From NCBI GenBank assembly GCA_951406725.2, contig OX597818.1:83390001-83454000 (forward strand): 64,000 nucleotides of DNA. Reading direction: 5' to 3'. Position 1 is the stretch's first letter; every line of letters begins with the position of its first letter. The translations under genes and the position numbers were made by a program. Of this stretch, positions 1 to 14,345 are shown piece after piece. The stretch comes from Octopus vulgaris (lineage: Eukaryota). The notes under the pieces were generated by a model, which saw only the letters and a program-made list of their open reading frames with translations, was not told the DNA's origin and made no database searches.

Positions 1-696
1 TCTCATTGACCATGACAGAAGAAGTTTTCCCGGTGATACCTGCTCAGACGCCTACGCAAAGTTGTTGAAAATGTATAGAGAGGAGTGAATGAATGCACAC
101 AAGTGTACGAGTTGCCCAGACGTTTCCAAGCTGGCCGAAAAAATGTTGATATTGACGAACATTGTGGGAGACCCGCTACCAGCAGAACTGAGAAAAATAT
201 CGAAAATGCGCGTGCAGTTGTGAAGGAAAATCGTTGAATCACCATCCACGATTTATCAGAGGATGTGCAGATTAGTTACGTTTCAATTCAGTCCATTATC
301 ACTGAAGATTTGGGTATGATACGCGTGTCTGCGCAGTTTGTCCCAAAACTGCATTCAAATGAGCAAAATCACACTCGGGTTTCTGTTGCACAAGATCTCC
401 TTGATTGTGTCGAGAACAATGAAAACATTTTGAAAACTTTGCGTAGCCCTTTGACTAGAAATTGCTAAGCTTTTGGCAAAATTTGATGCAGACTATCTGC
501 TTAGGTTTCTCTGTCATGGTCAATGCGACGATCACACGCTACACGCGTTCTTTCAAAGCTCTACTGTAAACAGCAGAAATGAGCTGGAGCGTTATATCTT
601 AGTGCGCATGCACTACAGATTTCCAGGTGGCTTCACTCTGCGCGCTTTAGCTTCGTTAATATGACAACAGTCCGGATAATTATTGATCAGACCACG
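1..696 (+). mobile_element. Non-autonomous mariner (Tc1/mariner) derivative, left end outside the window; decayed transposase N-terminal HTH region followed by an inverted copy of the left end
   Basis: Decayed translation GDTCSDAYAKL..RRFQAGRKNVDIDEHCGRPATSRTEKNIENARAVVKENR*ITIHDLSEDVQISYVSIQSIITEDLGMIRVSAQFVPKL (FVPKL matches the mariner WVPHEL-type motif). Terminus ..TATTGATCAGACCACG is followed by TA at 697-698. Same termini as 43901-44490. Confidence 0.9.
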
Positions 697-718
697 TACA
701 CGCGAATATATTCATACT

Positions 719-778
<60 letters not shown>

Positions 779-869
779 TTATATATATATAAATATTATT
801 ATGTATGTAGAAATACACGCACACATACACACACATATATATACACACATATATTTATATACACGTATC

Positions 870-900
<31 letters not shown>

Positions 901-946
901 GTATATACAATTATTCATAATATACAATTATTCATAATTGTAGTGT

Positions 947-1037
947 CCTACGCTGATGAGAAAAGAAGTTGGGTAAGACATAATTATCTAAATCTTATGC
1001 TTTCCTAAAACTTAATTTCGAAACGTACGTCCGTAGG
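947..1037 (+). ncRNA. Type I hammerhead ribozyme motif with long stem II
   Basis: Stem I CCTACG(947-952)/CGTAGG(1032-1037); core CTGATGA 953-959; extended stem II 960-1019; GAAAC-GTAC-GTC 1020-1031 (palindromic stem III, GUC triplet). Confidence 0.85.
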
Positions 1038-1126
1038 TGACTTAAAATTATATATATATATATATGTAAATATATATACATATAAATAAATATATGCATA
1101 CATACATACATATATATGTGTGTATA

Positions 1127-1173
<47 letters not shown>

Positions 1174-1782
1174 GTGAGCACCCAAATTCTCACTCACACA
1201 CGCATATGCAAATATGCTATAAAACTAGAAACGTAGCTAGTAAAAGTACAAATACATTACGCTAGTGTATTTTAATTTATTTTTATTATTTTCCCTTTGA
1301 ATTGCTTGTTTGTTTGACTTACTTTTTGGTCAACCTCTTTTTGTTGGTGCTCCACATATTTTATTCAACTGGATACTATACTGCAGAGCTGATATGAATT
1401 TGATCTATATATGCTGTAGATCTTTATGGTCTATTTGAATCTATGGACTTTGATATCCTTCCCTCTTGCCATACCGGTTAAAGAGTAGGTGTGTAAGATT
1501 GTAAGTATGCATGCGTTTATGCATGTCAACATGTGTACATACACATGTATACTATGTTTTGTTGAAAATCCCGTAATGTGGGTAAAAGAAAATAAAGCAG
1601 GATCCATTAATTATGAATTTAATCAACATATTGCCCTCTCAGATTCACACACTTATCGAAACGGTCCTTCACTTTTTCTAAGACCTGTAAATAAACTCGG
1701 AAACTTGGGCCTACAACCTGGTCTTTCGCGATACCCTTTTCATCACCACTTCTATATCACACACACACACTATCACACACAG

Positions 1783-1815
<33 letters not shown>

Positions 1816-2228
1816 CACAAACACACGCACACACACACATATATATGCATAAATATATATATCATCATCGAATCGTTCACTTTTGTGAACCAGAAAATAC
1901 AATGCAAGCTGACGTAAATTGCAGGGTACACACTGCCTTCTATCATGTGGAGTTGTCAATCAATGAATTCCAATTTGCTACTAGCGTATATATTCCCTTC
2001 AGATGAACTGCCTCAAGGTGGACGTAATATTCTCCCAAAGGGGGCATTTAAACATTTCTTTTAGGTTCTTTTGAATCCGTTTGTCTAAGGACGTTCATCG
2101 GCCACGCAAATTTAAGTGAAGTACAGATATATATACGAGTGTTTTTACATATGCAAAGCACTAAATCTTCTGTAAAACTTTCTTTTCGTTGTTCATTTTC
2201 TGTACATGAATGTGCGTGTTTGTGTTTC

Positions 2229-2277
<49 letters not shown>

Positions 2278-2385
2278 CTGGTTGTGCCCCAGAATAACCA
2301 CAGGCATAGAGCTGAAACATATAAAAGAATATATGTGTGTGTGCTTGTTTGTGTGTGTGTGTGTATCCTGTGTGTATATATATAT

Positions 2386-2436
<51 letters not shown>

Positions 2437-2593
2437 GTATACACACACATATATATGTATATACTATAAATGTAGAAGTAAATATATATATTTATACATA
2501 CATATATTCATATATATATATATATATTTTTTTTTCTTTTCTGTACTTGTTTCAGTCATTTGACTGCGGCCATGCTGGAGCACCGCCTTTTAG

Positions 2594-2754
2594 AGTGGTG
2601 AAAGAGTACAGCAGGGATCACCACCTCCTGCCGGAGCCTCGTGGAGATTTTAGGTGTTTTCGCTCAATAAACACACACAACGCCCGGTCTGGGAATCGAA
2701 ACCGCGATCCTCCGACCGCAAGTCCGCTGCCCTAACCACTAGGCCATTGCGCCT

Positions 2755-2757
<3 letters not shown>
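2594..2757 (-). mobile_element. tRNA-derived SINE, group A (tRNA-Arg-like head), 3'-truncated
   Basis: Minus strand GGCGCAATGGCCTAGTGGTTAGGGCAGCGGACTTGCGGTCGGAGGATCGCGGTTTCGATTCCC contains A and B boxes; near-identical heads at 11067, 12521 and 25984. Confidence 0.9.
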
Positions 2758-2795
<38 letters not shown>

Positions 2796-2810
2796 TATAC
2801 ATACAAATAC

Positions 2811-2847
<37 letters not shown>

Positions 2848-2884
2848 CACACACACATATTTAAATATAGATATTTGTGTGTGC

Positions 2885-2932
<48 letters not shown>

Positions 2933-3015
2933 AGAGAGAGAGAAAAGACACAGAAACAGACAGACTGAGATAAAATAGATAGATAGATAGAGTGAAAGAT
3001 TGATAGATAGATAGG

Positions 3016-3067
<52 letters not shown>

Positions 3068-4078
3068 GAGATAGAGAGCGGGGGAGAATGAGCGGGAGAG
3101 AGTACGTCGTAGGTAATTAGAATGTGTCCAACTGAATTTCCGTCTCACGTGATACTTAATGACAATTCAAATATAGAAAACACTTAACGTTGGAGTGTCG
3201 TATGTGAAAATGGAAATCAAATATGAGAAACGAAATCATGATGGCGAATACTATTTCATATAGCTACACAGTAACACATAAGCAGACACAGACACACACA
3301 GAACGAAGAGACACATACACAAACGTACAAAGGGAAAGAGAAACAATTGAATGAGTGTAAAGTGTATATATTTTAATCACTTGCGGGGAAAAAAGATGCT
3401 TTTATGTTTCTTGTGGCTTTGTTTTGAGTGGTTAAAGAGCGAACTGAATTTCATTGAATGACAAGCAGACGATATTTCAAATATTCTTTTGATAAGAAAG
3501 GAGAAAATTAGGTATGACACTAGAGTTTCTATAGAAAATTTGGCTGGCTGGCTGACTGGCTGGCTGGCCGATATACTGGCTGACAGGCTTGTAGGCTGGC
3601 TTGTTGGTTGGCTTGCTGGTAGCTTTATTGTTTGGTTGTCTGGTTGGTTGTTTGGTTCGTAAAAGGGCTGATTTGAGGACAGTGTTCTTGTCATATTTGC
3701 CGTTTGCTTCAATCGTATAAACACACAGGAACACACATACGCACACACACATACTCACACACACACGCACACAGATGCACAAATACGCGCGCACATATAC
3801 AGGCACGCACCCACACAAATACACACACGTAGAGTTATATCTACACACACACACATATATATGTTGTTAAATTTCGTGATGGCAATTTATTTTTTCAAAG
3901 TAAACACGTGTCTTACTGCTCCGCTTAATCCATTCTTGCCATCACGAAACATAACAATATCTGTTTCAACACACGGTTTCACATCATGAATCTTGCAAGA
4001 CAAATTCGTAACCCCCATACACACATATACATACATACGTACGTACATACATACATATATACATATATACATATACAT

Positions 4079-4111
<33 letters not shown>

Positions 4112-4195
4112 GATATATATATATATATATGAATTAACAGAATGAGATAAAAAATCCAAGGCTGTGAAAGTTTTCAGAACATTTATACAGAGAAG

Positions 4196-4244
4196 GTCTT
4201 ACAGCTGTTTCTGGGATATTTTTAGATATCACTTCATCAGAGAC
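4196..4244 (-). ncRNA. Type I hammerhead ribozyme motif
   Basis: Minus strand GTCT-CTGATGA-AGTGATAT-CTAAAA-ATATCCCA-GAAAC-AGCT-GTA-AGAC; stem I GTCT/AGAC; base of stem II imperfect. Confidence 0.75.
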
Positions 4245-4298
4245 GGTGCGAGAAAATATTTCTCTATAATATCTATTACTTAAACATTTTCTCGCAGC

Positions 4299-4346
4299 GT
4301 CTCTGATGAAGGTGTATATAAAATATCCCGGAAACAGCTGTAAGTC
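4299..4346 (+). ncRNA. Type I hammerhead ribozyme motif, mirror copy, slightly decayed
   Basis: GTCT-CTGATGA-AGGTGTATATAAAATATCCCG-GAAAC-AGCT-GTA-AGTC. Confidence 0.7.
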
Positions 4347-4804
4347 CTTCTCTGTATAAATGTTCTGCAAACTTTCACAGCCTTAGATTTTTATCTCATT
4401 CTGTTAATTCTTATATATATGCATGCTAATATACGACCTACACTGGACTCCTCATTCGTATCATCATCGAACCTGGAGCTTAACTATAGTCTCTCCATAG
4501 CACTTTGTAGAGAGAGGTGCTACAGATATCGCTAACAAGCAATATGAATAACCATTGAACTATCACGTAGAAACGTTAGTCTGTGGACATAGTATGACCG
4601 TTGTTCAAAGATCGGAGTGTGCGTGTAGGTGATTTCATGCTTATCAATGGGATATCATTACTTTCGATGCTATCACGAATATCTTAGCGTACACCAGTCT
4701 TGTCAATCCACATGGGTCTCATTTATTCCTTCTAGAATGTTACCAGTTGTTAGGGGTTGAAATAACTTCAAGGTTTTGAAGAGAAATGCCAGTTTTATTT
4801 TAAA

Positions 4805-5075
4805 CTAGCAGTATAGCCCAGCTTGGCTCGAGCTTGTTTTCGTTCCGACCCTTTAGAATTGGAATTTTTGTTAAGTAAAAATTTTGCATTATGTAGCTTG
4901 TTATTCTCTTTAACCGAACATTTTTGCTGGTTATGACGACACAGCAGTCAAAAAATCGTAAAAAATAGAGATTTTCATAGAAAAAAAGCACCTTTTATAT
5001 GTAAATTTTTGGTATTAACATGGTCCGATTTGAATTTTTCTTCTACGGAAGGAAGAGCAAGCCTTCTTCTATCTT
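4805..5075 (-). mobile_element. Non-autonomous Helitron, 3' portion
   Basis: Minus strand ends CGAGCCAAGCTGGGCTATACTG-CTAG|T: imperfect GC hairpin, short spacer, CTAG terminus followed by T. Confidence 0.65.
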
Positions 5076-8000
5076 AGCAAATTAAATATCTGTTTATATT
5101 TTACTCTAAAGGCTAAAACCTAAAACTCATTGCTAAGCATTCTTGGGTTTTTTTCTTGTCAAATTATTTGGGTTGTCCTAATATCTTTTGTTCACATATG
5201 TTTGTCTAAGCTGTCTATAGACACGTAGGGACATTTTTCTATTTATGGAAATGTAGGCCTAGTTGCTAGCGTTTTGTTAATATTTAGTCCTAGAACTAGC
5301 TTGATGAAGTAGTTATAAAATAAAAGACAATAGAGTCAAGACTGTTAGACCACCCATTTCGTTTTGCTTTCATCTAGTTTATTAAGGATTATATTATCCA
5401 ATGTGTCCTTGGTTTCTTTACGTCAGTAGCACATAAATGAAACGAAATTTGGTTGATGTTTCAAGCATACAAATAGATAATACAGAAACTTGTTTGTTGT
5501 ATATATAACCTGCAAGAAATTGTCATTCGTCCTGTTTTCCCACACACACAGACAATTATTTAGGCGGTAACATTTCTTAGTATTAATATAATTAGACCAT
5601 CGTTTTCTAACTTTTACATATGCTTTGGCAACAGAAAATCTCCAATTTGGCTATTTGGTGCATTTAATGAAGATGCTATCAGGTCGCTGACTCCCCGGTA
5701 GTTTATGTTATGTGTGTGATTTCTTAAGTATAAACATGCGTGGTTCTGAAATAAATCCCAAATCAAACATTTTTATATCATAAAATTATATTATAGAATA
5801 TGATATAGTCTGGCTTGCGTATATGCGTATTATTATTCATGTATGCATATGTTAAAATTTGTAAGTTTCTGTGTGTGTGTGTGTATGCGTGTGTGTTTGA
5901 GTGTATGTATGTGTTTGTGTGTCCTATATGTATGCAAGTACCTTCGCTTCTGAGTTTCCTAGTTATGATGATAATTGCTTGCATAACGTATCTAGCTTAA
6001 CTCATCTTTTCCCTTCAACTCACTCTGAAATTTGCCTTCTTCTCCTCTTCAATCCATTCCTTTTTTCTTCTACCTCTCACTGTTATTTCCTACTATTTCT
6101 TGTTCACATAAGAAATTCACGTGGCCCTGCGTTCCTTAGTTGCAATCATTCTTTTTTTTAACTTACAGGATGTGCAAACTACTGTTCTCATTTATTTCTC
6201 ATTCAACATTTTCAGGAAAAAGGAGACGTTGGATTTTCTACTACACACAGCAAGTTCACAATATTCTCTCTCCCTCTCTCTCTCTCTTTCTCTCTGTCTC
6301 TCTCTCTCTTTCTCTATTCTTTCTCTATTAGAATGAAAATATAGCTTATACTATATATTAGCCTAGCCAAGCAATGCCTCTGATAAAATGGCTGATTCGG
6401 TTGTCAACTGCTTTTTCATCGGTTCACCTTCTGTCAACTACGTTGTGCTCTGGTCTTGATACAAAAACTTACTCCCAAATATATCATACCTAAAGAAACA
6501 ACACTATGTTTTCATATAATGTTATAATTTCATGCAGTACCACTGAAATAATTGATGGCTATTTCATTAGCTTGCACTTTTAAAACTTTCGTGGATATAA
6601 CGTCGAAATATTGTGATAGTCACAGCGAAAATGACTTGCCGTAAATATCATACAAAGTAAACACATCTTCTGTAGTGACTGTATACGACTCAGTGTTATA
6701 AAACTTAACGTTATTATAACTATTATGGTTCCTATTTTCAATATCGTTTCAACATACCTGGATATATAATTCAATGGATTTATTTTATATCATACATTCT
6801 ATACTCTTGGACAGGTAATATTTTGCTGACATTTCGAAACAGCTCTTGATAATATGAGTTACACTTTTCATAAATGACATTTATTATACCACACTGCCTC
6901 AAAGGTATGTTTGTCTCCTTTCTTTATAAACTATTTTGGCAGCAGTTCCCAGTACTCTGTAACGGAAATAAGTCAATCTTTCAAGTTACGAAGTCACATT
7001 AACGGTTAGCAGTAGTCTTCAATAAGCTGGCATCTTTATCCAAAATATCAATGTTTTCGGAGTATGCATCCATGTATAACATTTTATAGATATGCAGAAA
7101 ATTTTTCTTTTTTGCTTTCTCATCCACCTATACAATTTATAGAGATTGCTTTTGCAGACATAAGATTGTATTAGATATACGCTATCCTTTAAAGTAGAAA
7201 TTTCTTTTTCTCGTTTACTTGATACCGAATTGCTACATGTAACAAAGTTACGAACCAATCGCATAATCTAATGTGCTGCAAAAATTAAAACATATACCCA
7301 AGTGATATCACTCTTTGAAAACCAGCCACCTAAAACATCATTTTCATTTCTTTTTACCATTTCCATTAATATTATGACATTCATTTACGCTTGAGTGAAG
7401 ATTGGTTGTAAAAGCTGGAATTTATCAGGAATATATCAGGATATAATCTGCTTTATAAAACATTGGATGTATCCAAGTTTAAAGCAGAGATATTCCTTCG
7501 CCTGTATTCTTGCTCTTTTCACACGCATATTTTGGGAGGGAATTCAATATAAAGAATACCAGAAGTGTAATAGGGCTTACGGAAATTTAATCTTTTCACG
7601 TGATAAAAATTTTCATCTGAGAAGCAAAAACAGTAGTAACTTTCTGTTAAATGACTTGTAGAGGATAATACATTCTTTGCATAAATTTTGTGTGGGTCTT
7701 ATACGTTGTACATATAAAGCTCGATTTATTCCAAATATATATATACCTAAAAGTTGATACCTACCCATTTATAAGCCACTGCATACGTGAATACATATAT
7801 AAATACACTTGTATACTTAGACACAATCACCTTCATATATGTATGTTTAAATTGTGTGTGTTGAAATAAAGGGTATGAAAAGATTTGGCATCGCTGTGTC
7901 ATCACAGCCCATACGGCGTAACTGATTAGACATTGACTTATTTCACATCAGATACTTTAATATTTCTTTCGTTCGCTCTCTGTCTATCTTTCTCTTTCTC

Positions 8001-8857
8001 TCTCTCCTTCTTTCTGTCTTTCTCTCTCTCGCGCGCTTTCTTTCTGCTTATGTCTGTGAGCATTTATTTATGTTTTTACGTATACATAATATATCTCGCT
8101 CTCACTATGTGTAGGAATACATTTCCGAATGTGCGTTCGTGCGCGTGTGGTTACCTCCCGTGGCAACACGCACTAAAGACATAACAGGGGGAATATGCAG
8201 TTCGTCATGCCGAAAAGTCAGCATCCAAAAAGCATTGTTCAGTCGTCTCAATATACATATGTGTGCATTTGCGTGTTGTGTTGGTGGACGTCGATTCTAT
8301 GCCGTGCATCGGTGAGGATTCAGTTCTCAGAACAGCTGAATATCCAACTCCTGAATAAACGAGGAAATAAGAACTTCCAAAAGCGTGAGGGCCACATGCA
8401 TATAGCATCCTAATTAAAGTTACAAAGAGAACCAGTATAAAACTAGTATTAAAGTCTATAGGGCTCTATACTGCTGCCATCAACCCGGTGTCCTTCACAA
8501 AATATATGGGTAAACCATTAGCTATGTACAATGGTATTTGCTCAAGGTTGTGGATAGTGAAGTCGAGGCCGGCACTTTCTGCTTGCAATTGAATTTTTAA
8601 ACAGACGGCTATAAAAAAATTCTATTGCCTGAACGTGGGTACATACAGAGAGACGTGGACGGGGACACAAACACGGACACACGCACTCACGCACACGCAC
8701 GCACACACGCACACACAGGCACACTTGGATGAATGACTTGTCTTATAGCTCCGGGTAGACCAATGCCCTATAAGTGTCTGTTGTAGATAGAAACTGTGTG
8801 AAACAGTCGTATATATATATAAATATATATATGTATATATATACATATATATATGTG

Positions 8858-8962
<105 letters not shown>

Positions 8963-9347
8963 CGGGCTTCCACACAGATTCCGCCTACAAAAGCAACTCA
9001 GAAGGTATTGGCCCACCCGGTGATACGCAAGAAGTCACTAATCCAAGGCGCTACGCGGTGTGAATGTACCAGACAGCACGTGGTTACAAAACAAAATTCT
9101 AGCCGTCACCGTCATGATTCAAAGACATTGGTATATCGCATCAGTGTTAATTTTGCGAATTGGTGTCTTTGTTTAATCTCATACTTTCCGACTCAGACGT
9201 GAGATGGAAGTTTGGAGAAAGTACTGAATGAATATTGATGACGCCATGTAAAATAAATCATCAATTATAAAGTATGAATTCACTTCTGTCAACAATTACT
9301 TTATCGGTATTTTCTAATATTTCATCTGCCACCTGCTCTATTTGGGA

Positions 9348-9443
<96 letters not shown>

Positions 9444-9500
9444 GTACATACATATAAATATATATATATACATACCCATACATATATACATATATAAGTA

Positions 9501-9531
<31 letters not shown>

Positions 9532-10044
9532 GTGTATATATACAAGTATATATGTATATATATATATATACATATATTGAGAAAAAATCGACAGAATTTG
9601 AGAAAAATATCCTTTCGTTTCTTCATTATTATTAGCGCTTTCGTTCCTCTGTAGAACTATTCAAATACAATTTTTGTGAATGTACAGACAGCTTGTTCAT
9701 TTATATAAAACTGATGTGTTTTTTTTTTGGCGGGGGCGCTGTCTAGAAGAGGATATTGTTTGTTTTGGCGGGGGTGGGCGGTCCAAGACAATGGAGATGG
9801 ATAGAAATATAGGTAGGTAGATAGGCTGATAGGTAGACAGATAGGCAGATAGACAGAGAGATAGAGGGTTAAATAGAGAGAAGGGATATCCACCTTCCTA
9901 TTCACCATTTATTTAATTATTCTTTCTTTTCACCATTGTATTGGAATGCGTTTAATGAAGAAATAAAAAGATTTTTTTCCAAAATTCTGACGCCTTTTTT
10001 TCTCATTATTCAATTCTGTACATCACATCACACTTAACACTCTT

Positions 10045-10119
<75 letters not shown>

Positions 10120-10213
10120 GCATGTATATATATATTTATATATCCATATACATACATATGTATATAAATATATTTATATATATATGTATATATATCTATA
10201 CCCACACGCACAC

Positions 10214-10256
<43 letters not shown>

Positions 10257-10425
10257 CATATGCATATATGAGGGACTTTGTGATAAGTAGCTTGCTTGCC
10301 AACCACATGGTTCCGTGATCAGACCCACTGTGTAACACCTTGGGCAAGTGTATTCTACTATAGTCTCGGGCCGACCAAAGTCTTGTGATAGGATTTGGTA
10401 GATGGAGACTGGAGGAAGCCCGTGG

Positions 10426-10457
<32 letters not shown>

Positions 10458-10749
10458 AATATATTTACGCACACCCTGTTTCTCTTCGTTTGCTTTCCCA
10501 CACATCTAGATACGTATCTTGAGAAAGTTACGTATTAAATATGCAATTATATAATTATTTACAATCGGTCTATTAACAAGATGGTTTCCTTCACTTATTA
10601 AAAACATTGTTGTTTTGGTTCCGGTTCCGGTTCCTCTACTGTTCATTGGCTTCAGCCTGAGGCTCATTGAATTCAGCCTGAGGTTACCGCCTGTAGCATT
10701 AATTCGAACACCGCCTCTAGCATTCTTGCTTGTATATTTTCCGGACTTG

Positions 10750-11050
10750 TCGCCACAATCGATCGACGTGAAGAAGTAAGTTGGACAGATCGGCTCTTTT
10801 TAATGTCTCTTGGCGCGGTATGAGTTCATCTGGTATATCAGATAGCAATTTATCTAACTATTCATTGAACGCCCCCACATCTAATCCTTGTAAATCTCTG
10901 AGGTGTTTTGTTTTTTGTCAAGGAACTGAAAGGCTGAGGGATTTTGAGCAGTTAAATGGATCGTTACACCTGGCAGAGGGAGTATTTTTTTCTTTTTTTT
11001 TGGTACTATGCAATGGAACCAAGTCCGGTGATTGGTTGAGCTTTCAGTCC
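10750..11050 (-). mobile_element. CR1/Jockey-group LINE 3' fragment, decayed
   Basis: Minus translation KHLRDLQGLDVGAFNE*LDKLLSDIPDELIPRQETLKRADLSNLLL is homologous to KYLRDLHVVRIDVFREQFNILLSKVPD at 48290-48370. Confidence 0.7.
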
Positions 11051-11066
11051 TAAAGTAGTGTGCTAG

Positions 11067-11454
11067 GGTGGAAGCACAATGGCCCAGTGGTTAGGGCAGC
11101 GGACTCGCGGTCGTAGGATCGTGGTTTCGATTCCCAGATCGGGCGTTGTGAGTGTTTATTGAGCGAAAACACCTAATGCTCCATGAGGCTCCGGCAGGGG
11201 ATGGTGGTGATCCCCGCTGTACTCTTTCACCACAACTTTCTCTCACTCTTACTTCCTGTTTCTGTTGTACCAGTATTTCAAGGGGCCGGCCTTGTCACTC
11301 TCTGTGTCACGCTGAATATCCCCGAGAACTACGTTAAGGGTACACGTGTTTGTGGAGTGCTCAGCCACTTACACGTTAATTTCACGAGCAGGCTGTTCCG
11401 TTGGTCGGATCAACCGGAACCCTCGTCGTCGGAACCGACGGAGTGCTTCCATCC
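11067..11454 (+). mobile_element. Full-length tRNA-derived SINE, group A, tail type 1
   Basis: A/B-box head; 10-bp target-site duplication AGTGTGCTAG at 11057-11066 and 11455-11464. Confidence 0.92.
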
Positions 11455-12215
11455 AGTGTGCTAGATTTTCCAGGATGTTAGACACACAGACACATACGCA
11501 CGCACATACACACACACACACACACGCACACACACATATATATACAGACACACACTTACGCATACACACATACAAATACAGACACTCACACATACAGTCA
11601 CTTCCAGCATCTTCCAGTTGTCCATATATTGCTTTAAAGCAATCCTTTTTTTCTTCTGATCGCTTCGAGTTTCGCAGTTAATTTTATGTTTGTGTCGCTT
11701 TAATTGAGAATAGTATGCCAGACGACTGCAAACGAACGTTGTCCATGGGAGTAACAATGTTCAATTCTTCCATTTTCTGAACGATTTAAGAAACACACCA
11801 ATTAGTTAGTTTATGTGAATGGTGATTTTTTTGTCAAGTGAATAAAGCAGTTAATATTTCTATTATACTATTGCTTGCGAAGACTGCTGGAAAGAATTAA
11901 GTATGTCTGGGACGAAATAATCGTGTGTAATGGTTGAATAGAATTTCAGTTTTGTATAATTGTGTTGTAATAGAATGAAAGAGGTAGTGAAACACAACTA
12001 GATTACTCAGAAGAGCAGAGGCCATTACATATCTATAGAAAAGACACATGTGGCAGAGAAGGTAAAGTGGGTTTTTTTGAGAGACATATAGGGGTCGGTA
12101 GATTAATCTTCCGGAAGATACAGTTCTTGTATATGTGTGCATGGTGCATATATATGTGATGAATGTGTGGGTACGTACGCTATGTCTATGGTGTGTATGT
12201 ATGTACATGTAGTAT

Positions 12216-12521
12216 TTTTATGCGCCCTTATCAAGCCTAACCAGGCTAATGGGCCCGGTTTCCCGGTTTGTATGGCGTATGTTTTCTCCCCAGCTGGACG
12301 GGATGCCAGTCCATCGCAGCGTTACCCAAGAAACAGGAAGAAAGAGTGAGAGAAATTTGGGGCGAAAGAGTACAACAGGGGTCGCCGCCACCCCTTGCCG
12401 GAGCCTCGTGGAGCTTTAGATGTTTTCGCTCAATAAACACACACAACGCCCGGTCTGGGAATCAAAACCGCGATACTCCGACCTCGACCCCGCTGCCCTA
12501 ACTACTGGGCCATTGCACCTC
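12216..12521 (-). mobile_element. Full-length tRNA-derived SINE, group A, tail type 2
   Basis: Same head and body as 11067 but a different tail; 15-bp TSD ATGT(A/G)CATGTAGTAT at 12201-12215 and 12522-12536. Confidence 0.9.
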
Positions 12522-13332
12522 ATGTGCATGTAGTATATATGCATAATCTGTGCTTGGTGTGTGTGTGTGTGTGGTGTATGTGAAAGTATGCCTGCCTGTG
12601 TATATGCGTGTGTGACAAAGTGTGTGTTTTGGTGTGTATCGGAAGCATCGATTCTCATTTGGGCGTACGATTGCATTGAGTGATTCAGGTGAGCTTAATG
12701 CTGGAAATTCGTTATGGAGGATTGAACCAGTTTCTGGCTGTGAGAATTTACGTTAAATTTTACGACACAGCCAATGGTGCAAGTGTAAAACATTCTGTAC
12801 AACAGCATCTATTGAGTGTTTCGTCGTTAAAAATTTTAAAGAATATTTTCCTTTACGTTTGTCTCTTTATCAAAATGTACATGGTGCGTAAGCAACTCTC
12901 CATTGCGAAATTTTATTTTGTTATTATATTCATTTACCCACACTCCCAATATTTTAATATTTATAATGAATTATGATTGAAATACTGATTATGATAATCA
13001 AGCTCCTGCCGCTACTGCTGCTGCTTATGCTGATGATGACGATGATAATGCATAATAAGAAATTACACTCTACGTATGTATTTATGTGTGTATAAATATA
13101 TATGTAGCTGTCAACTATATTTCAATCTAGTTACTTATATTTCTATATTTCTCTGTGCACACGTATACGCGCGCGCGATTATGTGTGTATGCATGTACAT
13201 ATGTGCCGTTTCTTTTTCCTCAGGGAAAATTCATGCTGAATACCGCATTCAATGGTCGGTACATATTTCATTTAAGTTTGTTTGCCAGTATTGTCACTAG
13301 ACAGGCACAGCACAAACTTTCTCTCTCTCTCC

Positions 13333-13367
<35 letters not shown>

Positions 13368-13404
13368 GATAGTAACATAGTTATTTCCACATAAACATAC
13401 AAGG

Positions 13405-14150
<746 letters not shown>

Positions 14151-14169
14151 TAGATATAGGTATATATAC

Positions 14170-14236
<67 letters not shown>

Positions 14237-14270
14237 TATATGTATATATATGTATATATACCTATATCTA

Positions 14271-14344
<74 letters not shown>

Positions 14345-14345
<1 letters not shown>

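Larger units (their letters stand above)
4131..4410. mobile_element. Palindromic element made of two inverted PLE-type terminal repeats, each with a hammerhead
   Basis: 4131-~4258 is the reverse complement of ~4284-4410 with few mismatches; TA repeats flank both sides. Confidence 0.85.

Noticed and set aside
2690-2757. tRNA-Arg-like sequence, also at 11070, 12450 and 25985
   Set aside because: It continues into a shared SINE body with TSDs and lacks a proper acceptor stem, so it is a SINE head rather than a tRNA gene.
6400-7700. Complex AT-rich block that might be an old transposon or coding relic
   Set aside because: No recognisable motif, termini or sustained reading frame.
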